Shown: positions 18,128 through 25,961 of the stretch, one piece after another
Layout: every line of letters starts with the position of its first letter
How positions within the stretch are numbered: position 1 is the first letter of the stretch
Source of the DNA: Microcystis aeruginosa NIES-2549
GTDB lineage: Bacteria; Cyanobacteriota; Cyanobacteriia; Cyanobacteriales; Microcystaceae
Reading direction: 5' to 3'
Assembly (NCBI RefSeq): GCF_000981785.2
Contig: NZ_CP011304.1
Span: 690,001 to 722,000, forward strand
DNA length: 32,000 bases
Program-made: the position numbers and the translations under genes
The notes under the pieces: generated by a model
Database searches by the model: none
Told to the model about the DNA's origin: nothing
The model's input: only the letters and a program-made list of their open reading frames with translations

Positions 18128-18278
18128 CTATAGATTAGAGTTATTTTTAGTCGTGCTCGTGTCACTGAGCCTTTACATCGAAGCCCCTCGAAATGTGTCG
18201 AAGTGCTGTTCTATGCTGGTCGGCTTTTCATCTCCGAGGTGAAACCGAGAGCCTTCAAGCCGACATTATAGGTAAACA

Positions 18279-18866
18279 CTAGAGGGATCGGAGAAAGTTT
18301 CTTAAAAGTTCCTTGCCAGCAGTGGTTAAAATACTTTCGGGATGGAATTGTACTCCTTGAATGTGGGGGTAATCCCGATGACGGACTCCCATGACCGTGC
18401 CATCTTCCACCCAGGCCGTGATCTCTAAATTATCCGGCATGGTGGAGCGCTCGATCACTAAACTATGGTAACGGGTGGCAGTAAAGGGATTTTCTAAGCC
18501 TTGAAATACCCCTTCATTGTTGTGATAGATTGGGGAAGTTTTGCCGTGCATCAAGACCGGGGCCCGGACCACATCCCCTCCGAATACCTGACCGATACTT
18601 TGATGACCGAGACAGACCCCCAAAATCGGCAAATGGGGGCCAAATTTAGCGATTAATTCCAGAGATATGCCCGCATCGACTGGACGACCGGGACCGGGGG
18701 AAATGACAATCCCATCCGGCCGCATTTGTTCGATCGTGGCCAGATCGATTTTATCATTACGATAGACCTCGATCGGCACGGCGATCGGAAACTCAGTCGC
18801 TAATTCTCCTAAATACTGGACTAAATTGTAGGTAAAACTATCATAGTTATCGATGACGATTATCAA
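18279..18866 (-). CDS. trpG: anthranilate/aminodeoxychorismate synthase glutamine amidotransferase component II
   Basis: 195 aa. IIVIDNYDSFTYNLVQYL, GVCLGHQ (catalytic Cys) and VQFHPES are the class-I GATase TrpG/PabA signature. The start is TTG. Confidence 0.9.
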   Translation of the reverse strand: MIIVIDNYDSFTYNLVQYLGELATEFPIAVPIEVYRNDKIDLATIEQMRPDGIVISPGPGRPVDAGISLELIAKFGPHLPILGVCLGHQSIGQVFGGDVVRAPVLMHGKTSPIYHNNEGVFQGLENPFTATRYHSLVIERSTMPDNLEITAWVEDGTVMGVRHRDYPHIQGVQFHPESILTTAGKELLRNFLRSL

Positions 18867-18917
18867 GAGTCCCTCTCCTTTCTCTAGCCTCGCTCAGTAT
18901 TTTTATTCTACATCCCG

Positions 18918-18937
18918 GCTGTCTCGATCGAGACAGC
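18918..18937. other. 20-bp perfect palindrome GCTGTCTCGATCGAGACAGC
   Basis: Read directly. It lies in the 136-bp spacer between the pentapeptide gene stop and the trpG start. It could be a hairpin terminator (no T-run) or a protein-binding site. Confidence 0.8.
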
Positions 18938-19002
18938 AGCGCCATCAGAAACCGATAATCGAGGTAATTCTCGATTGGTCAGCTAGAATCTGCTCGGAAT
19001 TG

Positions 19003-19503
19003 CTAATTACAGCCTAAACTATCCCTCGTGGCCACTCCCGTGACTGGATTAATCCCATCGGCCCGTTCACACATTAACTTGACCTGATAGGCATCAATTA
19101 CCGCGTTAGTGAAATCGGCCCCAGTAATAATTGTGTCATAAAAACGGCTGCGAGTAGCGATCGCATCGGTAAAAATAGTATTAGTTAAATCGGCAAAATC
19201 GAGGGTAACTCTATCTACCAAAGAGGCGGTTAAATCGGCCCCTTTTAAGTTAGCTTTTAAGAGGACAGCCTCGGTGAGAATACTATAGGATAAATCGGCC
19301 TCTTCTAGGTTAACTCCCCGCATTGCGGCAGCGGCGAAAACTCCTCCGCGCAAATCCTGATGGGAAAAATCCCGATCTTGCAGCTGGGCAAAACTATAGT
19401 TAATCGTTTTATCTTGGGCCAAAGCCACTGGACGGGCTGCGAAAAGTAGCCAAAGAATCGCCAGCAAAATAATTAAAACCAGACTGAAAAAATTTTTCAA
19501 CAT
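19003..19503 (-). CDS. pentapeptide-repeat protein with signal peptide (thylakoid-lumen or periplasmic type)
   Basis: 166 aa with a hydrophobic leader ([22 protein letters not shown]). Tandem A(D/N)LxX pentapeptides follow ([31 protein letters not shown]). Confidence 0.85.
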   Translation of the reverse strand: MLKNFFSLVLIILLAILWLLFAARPVALAQDKTINYSFAQLQDRDFSHQDLRGGVFAAAAMRGVNLEEADLSYSILTEAVLLKANLKGADLTASLVDRVTLDFADLTNTIFTDAIATRSRFYDTIITGADFTNAVIDAYQVKLMCERADGINPVTGVATRDSLGCN

Positions 19504-19505
19504 TG

Positions 19506-20894
19506 TTACTGTTGAGCGTCGAGAAACTGGGCCACATCATCACCCACCCGAATAGTTAGGTCTGAGTCTAAAGCACCAGTGGAGGATGATTCTACTTTAC
19601 CGATTCCCAATTGATTTTTCAAGAGGTTAGCGGACTGAACATCACCTTTTTGGGCAATAATTGCGGTGGTTTCTAGCTTTTGGGAGGAGTCATCGCTAAT
19701 ATAAACATTTGTATAGCCCTGTTTGGCCAGATAATTACGAGTACGACGGGCTAAACCTTTGGTATGGGTGGCGTTTTGAATGGCAATCCGCAGGCTATAA
19801 ACGGAGGTTTCTCCCCCCCCATAGTTATCGGTAAAATTGTTAGCCACAATGGTTCTGATTTCGCGACGGCTCAAAATCCAATAACTGCGACCATCGTATT
19901 CCTCGAGGTTATTAAACCGGCCGGGGAGTAGGATCATTCTCAAGTCATCTCGTTTAATTTCCCGGCCAAAATTAGCGATAGCCAGCATTTCCTCGACGCT
20001 TAAATTCGTATCGATATATTGTTGTAAAACCTGTACTGCTTTCGGGAGACTGGGGAGAATTGTCGGACTAAAAATCTTTTGTTGTAGTGCTTTTAATAAA
20101 ATTTGTTGTCTTTGTACGCGACCAATATCGCCGTATTGCGGGTTACGAAAACGGGCAAATTGTTCGGCTTGGTCGCCGTTGAGATTTTGCCAACCCTCTT
20201 GTAAATCAATTTCTAATTTTTGGGTGACATCTTTATGATACATTCGTTCGGGTACATAAACCTCTACACCCCCGACTAAATCGACTAATTCCTTAAAGGC
20301 ATCGGTAGTTACCCGCACATAGCGATCGATGGTAATATCCCCTAAAGTATTACTGACCACTTCTGCCGCTAGAGTCGGTCCACCGTGAACGTTGGCATCG
20401 TTGATTTTAGTGAAACCGTGGCCGGGGATTCTGACGCGGCTATCGCGAGGGATAGACAGCATTCTCACGGTTTTATCGCTAGGATCGAAGCGCACTAGGA
20501 GCATGGTATCGCTGCGACCTTTAAATAGATCGTCGCTGTTTTTGGCATCTAAAACTCGATCGATGCCCATAACTAAAATATTAACAGGACGAGAAAGCTG
20601 CTGATTAATTAGGCTATTCCAAGCTTGGGCCTCAAGGATGTCTGTTTGGGTGGGAAAAGTCGTTTTTTGGAAGATGGCCCCAATTGGTGCGGGTAAGGGA
20701 CTAATTAAAGCGACGGCAGCCCCAACAGTGGCGGAAACTAGGGCGGTAAAACTGAGGGTTATTCCCCAAAATAAGCCCTTTTGCAGGGGAGATGCTTTTT
20801 TTAAACCGGACATGACTGAACTGACCACCGTGACGGTATTTTCTGAGTTTTGGCTGTATTCTTGCTTTTCAAACCGCCCGGAAACATTGGCCAT
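19506..20894 (-). CDS. LCP (LytR-CpsA-Psr) family cell-envelope protein with a C-terminal LytR_C-like domain
   Basis: 462 aa with an N-terminal TM anchor. NILVMGIDR…[12 protein letters not shown]…SIPRDS is the LCP core. The stop lies 2 nt before the pentapeptide gene start, so an operon is likely. Confidence 0.85.
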   Translation of the reverse strand: MANVSGRFEKQEYSQNSENTVTVVSSVMSGLKKASPLQKGLFWGITLSFTALVSATVGAAVALISPLPAPIGAIFQKTTFPTQTDILEAQAWNSLINQQLSRPVNILVMGIDRVLDAKNSDDLFKGRSDTMLLVRFDPSDKTVRMLSIPRDSRVRIPGHGFTKINDANVHGGPTLAAEVVSNTLGDITIDRYVRVTTDAFKELVDLVGGVEVYVPERMYHKDVTQKLEIDLQEGWQNLNGDQAEQFARFRNPQYGDIGRVQRQQILLKALQQKIFSPTILPSLPKAVQVLQQYIDTNLSVEEMLAIANFGREIKRDDLRMILLPGRFNNLEEYDGRSYWILSRREIRTIVANNFTDNYGGGETSVYSLRIAIQNATHTKGLARRTRNYLAKQGYTNVYISDDSSQKLETTAIIAQKGDVQSANLLKNQLGIGKVESSSTGALDSDLTIRVGDDVAQFLDAQQ

Positions 20895-21048
20895 GGACTA
20901 ACCTCAACATCTGAATTAAAGGCTTACTTAGGAGGTGACTGTTGATCCCTAGAATCTATCTCTAGCCCAAAAGTTCCAGATATCGGTCACTCCCCCCTCG
21001 CCGGTTATTGTAACATATTGTTAAGGAACTGGCTATTATCGACCTGTG

Positions 21049-21123
21049 GTAAAAATCAAAAATTGTTGTTAGGGTTAGGAGTCAGTAGTCAGTATTCAGG
21101 AGTCGGTCGTCAGGAGTCAGGAG
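21049..21123. repeat. 37-bp unit (21049-21085, inverted partner of 5572-5608) running into a degenerate (GGAGTCA)n heptamer array ending at 21123
   Basis: Read directly: GTAAAAATCAAAAATTGTTGTTAGGGTTAGGAGTCAG, followed by TAGTCAG TATTCAG GAGTCGG TCGTCAG GAGTCAG GAG. Confidence 0.95.
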
Positions 21124-21402
21124 AATTGAGAATCAATAATAAGCGATTGAATGCTCTATTTACAGATTTTAGGCAATTTAATCCTTATTTTGTCCGTTTT
21201 TGAACCCTGAAAAGTTAATTAGGCAAGAGGTTTAATAATTTTTCAGGGATTCAGTTCAGTTATAGATTATCTCTGTGGCCAAGAATTAAGAGAGGTGGAA
21301 ACTTGAAGATGACAGAATTAAGGTTATTCTCGTTGTTTTTATCCCTTTGCTTTTGGCTAGTCTGGCAGTTTTTTTTGTCAATATAATTCCGATCTATTTT
21401 TT

Positions 21403-22080
21403 ATGAAAATCATCTCTCTTACCCCATCATCCACCCAAGAATATCTCTGTAAAAGAGACTTAAATCTCTACAATTCTCCCAGTTGTCAAGAGTTAGCTAC
21501 CCAAGCACAACAGGGAAGACAATTAAAATTTATTTCCCTAGAAATTACCGAAAAAGGGCTACAAATTCAGCTAAGGGAAGATAATTATTTAGCTTGGTTA
21601 TGCGGAGAAGATTTAGATGCAATTGCGGTGGCCACCACAGCTTATCAAAAAATTCCTCTAACTCGTTCAGACATAGAAAAACATATTCCTGAGATTATCT
21701 CTTTTACTCAGGAAGCAATGAATCGTACCAATCATTATCTCTGGGGTGGAACCCTTGCACCTAATTACGATTGTTCGGGATTAATCCAGGCCGCTTTTGC
21801 CAGCTTTGACATTTGGTTGCCGAGGGATTCCTATCAACAGGAGGCTTTTTGTCAAAAAATAAACCGAGAGGAATTACTCCCAGGAGATTTAATTTTTTTT
21901 GGTGATAAAAGAGTTAATCATGTGGCTTTATATCTAGGGAATAATCAATATATCCACAGTTCAGGCAAAGAAACAGGTAACAATGGTATCGCTATAAATC
22001 TCCTCACCGATGATAAAGATAGCGTCAGTCGTCATTATTATCAAAAATTATGGAGTTTCGGTCGAGTTATGCACAATTAA
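21403..22080 (+). CDS. NlpC/P60 (C40) family cell-wall peptidase
   Basis: 225 aa. YLWGGT…YDCSGLIQAAF (catalytic Cys) and NHVALYLG…YIHSS (His) form the NlpC/P60 signature. The N-terminal ~100 aa are an extra, possibly SH3-like domain. Confidence 0.85.
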   Translation: MKIISLTPSSTQEYLCKRDLNLYNSPSCQELATQAQQGRQLKFISLEITEKGLQIQLREDNYLAWLCGEDLDAIAVATTAYQKIPLTRSDIEKHIPEIISFTQEAMNRTNHYLWGGTLAPNYDCSGLIQAAFASFDIWLPRDSYQQEAFCQKINREELLPGDLIFFGDKRVNHVALYLGNNQYIHSSGKETGNNGIAINLLTDDKDSVSRHYYQKLWSFGRVMHN

Positions 22081-22081
22081 T

Positions 22082-22188
22082 CAGTTATCAGTTATCAGGT
22101 TACTATTCCCCATAGGTAATAATAAATTTAGTTATTAAAAACTGATTATTTATCTCCCATTTTGCCTTTTGCCTTTTGCCTTTTGCCT
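22082..22188. repeat. STRR arrays: (CAGTTAT)x2.4 at 22082-22098 and (TTTGCCT)x4 at 22161-22188
   Basis: Read directly. The first array starts 2 nt after the NlpC/P60 stop. The second ends 42 nt before the RND gene start. Confidence 0.95.
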
Positions 22189-22230
22189 CTCCTCTATAAG
22201 TAGCCTATACTCAACTTATTTAGTGTAATC

Positions 22231-25200
22231 ATGTTAGAAAACATCTCCCTAAGCGGTCTATCAATTCGTCGTCACATAGGAGTATTGACGTTAACTATAG
22301 CAGTTATCATCATCGGTCTTTTTTTTCTAAATCGTTTACAAGTAGATTTGCTTCCTTCTATCACTTATCCCCGCATTAGTTTAAGGATGAATGTCCCGGG
22401 AGTTTCCCCGGAAGTTATTCTCGAAGAAGTAACTAAACCCCTAGAAGAAGGAATGAGTGCCACCGAGGGAGTAGTGCAAGTTTATTCAGAAACTCGCGAG
22501 GGGAGGATGCGAGTAGATTTATTTTTTCAACCGGGGGGAGACTTAAACGTTGCTTTAAATGAAGCTACCGAAAGTTTTAATCGTGTCCGACAAAATTTAC
22601 CCGATATTATTGAGGAACCGCGCTTAAATAAATTTGAACCATCTCGTTTACCCGTCTATGAATTCGCTCTCGTTTCTGATACCCTACCCATAAAAGATTT
22701 AAGATTATTTGCCGATGAAGAATTAGGGAGAGAATTAGGATTTGTGGAAGGAGTGGCAGTGGTGGACGTGATTGGGGGAGTTAGAGAAGAAATTCAAGTT
22801 AATATTGACCTGCAGCGATTACAATTTTTAGGAGTGGGATTAAATCAGGTTTTAGACACCCTAAAAAGACGCAATCAGGACATCTCTGGGGGCCGACTAC
22901 AAGGAGAAACCGGGGAACCTTTAACCCGTGCGGTGGGGAAATTTAAAAACGTAGCGGATATTCAAGATTTAGCACTGACCGATAGTAATAATCCCGAAGA
23001 AAAAATCTATCTGCGGGATGTGGCCAGAGTTATCGATGGGACAGAAGAACAAAGAATTTTTGTCACCCTAAATGGAAAAAATGCCGTCAGGGTTAGCGTC
23101 CAAAAACAACCGAATGCGAACACGATTGCTGTGGTAGAAGGGGTCAAAAAACGCATTACAGAATTAAAAAAATCCGGGTTAATGACCGGGGGAATACAAG
23201 TCGTCACCACTACCGATGAGTCTGTATTTATCCAAAACGCGGTTAATAACGTGGTTTCCTCGGGACTAGCGGGGACAATTCTAGCAGGATTGACTGTATT
23301 CGTCTTTCTCGGTTCTCTGCGACAGACTTTTATCATTACCCTAGCGATTCCTCTTTCTACCCTCGTCGCAATTATCTGTATGAAGTTATTTGGGTTATCG
23401 ATAAATGTGTTTAGTTTGGGAGGATTGGCCCTAGGGGTGGGCATCGTGGTGGATAATTCCATTGTCATGCTGGAAAATATTGCCCTCAAAGTTAATCAAA
23501 ACCAAAATAAGCAAGATTTTTTAGAAATTGCGCGTAATAGCAGCCAAGAGGTAGAATCTGCTTTAGTGGCCTCCACTGCGACTAATCTCGTTTCTATCCT
23601 GCCATTTTTATTACTGGGTGGTTTTATTTCCCTGCTGTTTAACGAGATTATCCTTACTATCAGTTTTGCTGTGGCTGCTTCTCTGCTGTGTGCGTTAACC
23701 GTTGTTCCCATGTTGGCCAGTCGTTTGTTAAATATGCGGGTTTCTAGTGGTATCCATCGGTTTTGGCTCTTAAAAGTCTTTAGTCAACGTATAGAAGGTT
23801 TAACCATCCTCTACGGTCGTTTTTTAGCTAAAATCCTCCACTACAGAATACCTGTTATCCTGCTGGCCTTTTTAATTTTAGGGGGAAGTAGTTTCTATCT
23901 CTGGCAATATATCCCCCAGGAAGTCTTTAGTCGTATTCAAACCGGACAGGTGAACGTTTTTGCTCAATTTCCCCCGGGTACCAATTTAAATACTAACCGT
24001 CAGGTGATGCGGGAAGTAGAAAAGATTCTATTATCACAGCCGGAAACTGAGTATGTTTTTACTACCAGTGGCGGTTCTCTTTTTGGCACAACTACCAATG
24101 AAAATATTTTGCGTGCTTCTAGTACGATTAGTCTCAAAAAAGGCACTAATACAGAAGCCTATATCGAACGCATGAGCAAAGCACTAGAGCAATTAAACCT
24201 CGTTAACGTGCGTTTGCGTCTCACCCCCGGTCAAGTGCGCGGTATTATTCTTAATAACTCTCCCTCCGTCGGTGCCGATGTGGATGTGATGTTACAGGGA
24301 CGAGATGGGAAAACTCTAGAGCAAGCTGGTGAAGAAATCCTCGGTATTCTCGATGAAAAAGTCCCTAGTGCGCGTTTTCGTGCCGATGCTGACCCCAGAC
24401 AACCAGAAATCCAGATTAAACCCGATTGGACCCGCTTAAATAGTTTGGGATTGAGTACCCTGGAAGTGGGACAAACGCTACGGACCGCTATTCAAGGATC
24501 GATCCCCACCCAACTGCAACGGGGAGAAAGATTAATCGATATCCGGGTGCAATTAGACCCCAACTCGCGGCAAAAAATTAGTGATATATCACAAATACCT
24601 ATTTTTGTCAATAGACAAGAAGACTTAAAATTAGCAGATATAGCCCGGATTGAAGGGGGAAAAACCCCGGCGGTCATCCAGAGAATTAATCAGCGTCAAG
24701 TTTTTATTATTATCGGCAGTTTAGTCGAGGGAGCGAAATTAAGTGACGCACTCGCGGGGGTACAATCGGTTTTAAACGCTACTCCCTTACCCGATGGTGT
24801 CAGCATTTTACCCAGTGCTGCCGCCATATCTAATCAAGAAATTCAGGGTTCTTTGGGTTTATTAGCGGGTTTATCGGTATTTTTAGTCTTTGTGGTCATG
24901 GCCGTGCAGTATAACTCGCTTATAGACCCTTTGGTGATTATGTTAACTGTTCCTTTGGCCCTAGCGGGGGGGATTTTTGGGCTATATTGGACTAAAACCC
25001 CGATTAATGCCATTGTCATCGTCGGGGTGGTTTTATTGGTGGGGATTGTGGTTAATAATGCGATTATTATGGTGGAATTGGCGAATCAATTGCGGCAAGA
25101 ATTCGGTTTTACTCGACTACAAGCTATTTTAAAGGCCGCTCCCCAACGTTTACGACCGATTTTAATGACTACCGTGACCACGGTTTTAGGTTTATTTCCC

Positions 25201-25335
25201 CTCGCTTTAGGATTAGGAGAGGGGGGAGAATTCCTGCAACCTTTAGGAATTGTCGTTTTTTCGGGTTTGTCTTTAGCAACTCTGTTAACTCTGTTTATTA
25301 TTCCCTGTTTTTACGTTTTATTCTCTAGAAAATAA
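22231..25335 (+). CDS. RND efflux transporter permease (AcrB/HAE family)
   Basis: 1034 aa with a 12-TM, two-large-loop architecture. Typical AcrB-family segments are present (GIVVDNSIVMLENI, VGIVVNNAIIMVE). Confidence 0.9.
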   Translation: MLENISLSGLSIRRHIGVLTLTIAVIIIGLFFLNRLQVDLLPSITYPRISLRMNVPGVSPEVILEEVTKPLEEGMSATEGVVQVYSETREGRMRVDLFFQPGGDLNVALNEATESFNRVRQNLPDIIEEPRLNKFEPSRLPVYEFALVSDTLPIKDLRLFADEELGRELGFVEGVAVVDVIGGVREEIQVNIDLQRLQFLGVGLNQVLDTLKRRNQDISGGRLQGETGEPLTRAVGKFKNVADIQDLALTDSNNPEEKIYLRDVARVIDGTEEQRIFVTLNGKNAVRVSVQKQPNANTIAVVEGVKKRITELKKSGLMTGGIQVVTTTDESVFIQNAVNNVVSSGLAGTILAGLTVFVFLGSLRQTFIITLAIPLSTLVAIICMKLFGLSINVFSLGGLALGVGIVVDNSIVMLENIALKVNQNQNKQDFLEIARNSSQEVESALVASTATNLVSILPFLLLGGFISLLFNEIILTISFAVAASLLCALTVVPMLASRLLNMRVSSGIHRFWLLKVFSQRIEGLTILYGRFLAKILHYRIPVILLAFLILGGSSFYLWQYIPQEVFSRIQTGQVNVFAQFPPGTNLNTNRQVMREVEKILLSQPETEYVFTTSGGSLFGTTTNENILRASSTISLKKGTNTEAYIERMSKALEQLNLVNVRLRLTPGQVRGIILNNSPSVGADVDVMLQGRDGKTLEQAGEEILGILDEKVPSARFRADADPRQPEIQIKPDWTRLNSLGLSTLEVGQTLRTAIQGSIPTQLQRGERLIDIRVQLDPNSRQKISDISQIPIFVNRQEDLKLADIARIEGGKTPAVIQRINQRQVFIIIGSLVEGAKLSDALAGVQSVLNATPLPDGVSILPSAAAISNQEIQGSLGLLAGLSVFLVFVVMAVQYNSLIDPLVIMLTVPLALAGGIFGLYWTKTPINAIVIVGVVLLVGIVVNNAIIMVELANQLRQEFGFTRLQAILKAAPQRLRPILMTTVTTVLGLFPLALGLGEGGEFLQPLGIVVFSGLSLATLLTLFIIPCFYVLFSRK

Positions 25336-25347
25336 TCTTCTTGGACA

Positions 25348-25460
25348 GTGGGAAGTGGGGTAGTGGGGAAGTGGGGAAGTGGGGAGAATAAATAAAAAAG
25401 TCTCCTGACTCCTATCTCCTATCTCCCGACTCCCGACTCCTGACTCCTGACTCCCGACTC
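25348..25460. repeat. STRR arrays: (GTGGGGAA-like)x4.5 at 25348-25385 and (CTCCTGA/CTCCTAT/CTCCCGA)x8 at 25402-25460
   Basis: Read directly; the arrays start 13 nt after the RND gene stop. Confidence 0.95.
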
Positions 25461-25467
25461 GGAGAAT

Positions 25468-25811
25468 ACTGTCTCCTAACCCAATGTTGACCAAAGATAA
25501 GCAAAAATTATTTATTGACTCCAAAAACTTGAGAATATTTAAATTAACATTTCGCAATATTTATAAATTCTTAAGAATTAATTGAGAAAGATTTTTATTT
25601 AACAACGATGTTGCAATGGTTACAGCGATTTGATAGAATTTCATAGTGGTTTATTATGTGCTTTTTTGGGCGGCAATGGCTGAAACCCTTGCCACACCTA
25701 GAAGGTGATCCTAATTAAGACGGGTAAATCAGTCAATTTCACCCACAACGATGATCTTTTTTTTGTGTAGTTTTATTGCAAAAAAAAAGTTTTTTTGACA
25801 AAAACCACAAA
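25468..25811 (-). repeat. dispersed ~350-bp element, copy B (inverted relative to copy A at 4088-4463)
   Basis: See copy A. Perfectly conserved blocks of 25-48 bp alternate with 3-4-nt substitution patches. Confidence 0.9.
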
Positions 25812-25812
25812 G

Positions 25813-25930
25813 TATGAATTATGAATTATGAATTATGAATTATGAAGTGGGGAAGTGGGGAAGTGGGGAATTTCAACTAAAACCCTAAAACCCTAAAACC
25901 CAATCACCCTATCACCCTATCTCCTGGCTT
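25813..25930. repeat. STRR composite: (TATGAAT)x4.9, (GTGGGGAA)x3, core ATTTCAACTAA, (CTAAAACC)x3, (ATCACCCT)x2
   Basis: Read directly at 25813-25846, 25847-25870, 25870-25880, 25877-25901 and 25903-25918. It ends about 30 nt from the mutS2 stop. Confidence 0.95.
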
Positions 25931-25961
25931 CTAACCCGACAAAAAACCTTTTCGGCCAACC

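Larger units (their letters stand above)
16690..18271 (-). mobile_element. tnpA-less IS200/IS605-family (IS1341-like) element carrying tnpB; left end about 18271, right end uncertain (between 16690 and 16860)
   Basis: The tnpB ORF is accompanied by a left-end hairpin at 18219-18264 (GTCGGCTT…AAGCCGAC). On the element strand the sequence TTAC directly precedes the inferred left end (plus-strand GTAA at 18272-18275). The element is wedged between the trpG stop (18279) and the MBL gene start. Confidence 0.65.

Noticed and set aside
23007-23711. Track ORFs 23007-23489 and 23496-23711 on the minus strand, and also 24492-24677
   Set aside because: They are antisense shadow ORFs inside the continuous 1034-aa RND transporter gene.
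4088-25811. A composite transposon bounded by the inverted 350-bp copies
   Set aside because: The interior is dominated by core genes (nusB, trpE, psaD, trpG and others). The terminal copies encode no transposase, and I see no flanking target duplication. Inversion substrates are the more conservative reading.
25877-25901. (CTAAAACC)n / (GGTTTTAG)n, which looks telomere-like
   Set aside because: It is embedded among many other unrelated short tandem arrays in an internal chromosomal spacer. The period is 8 rather than the canonical 7, and nothing else suggests a linear replicon end.
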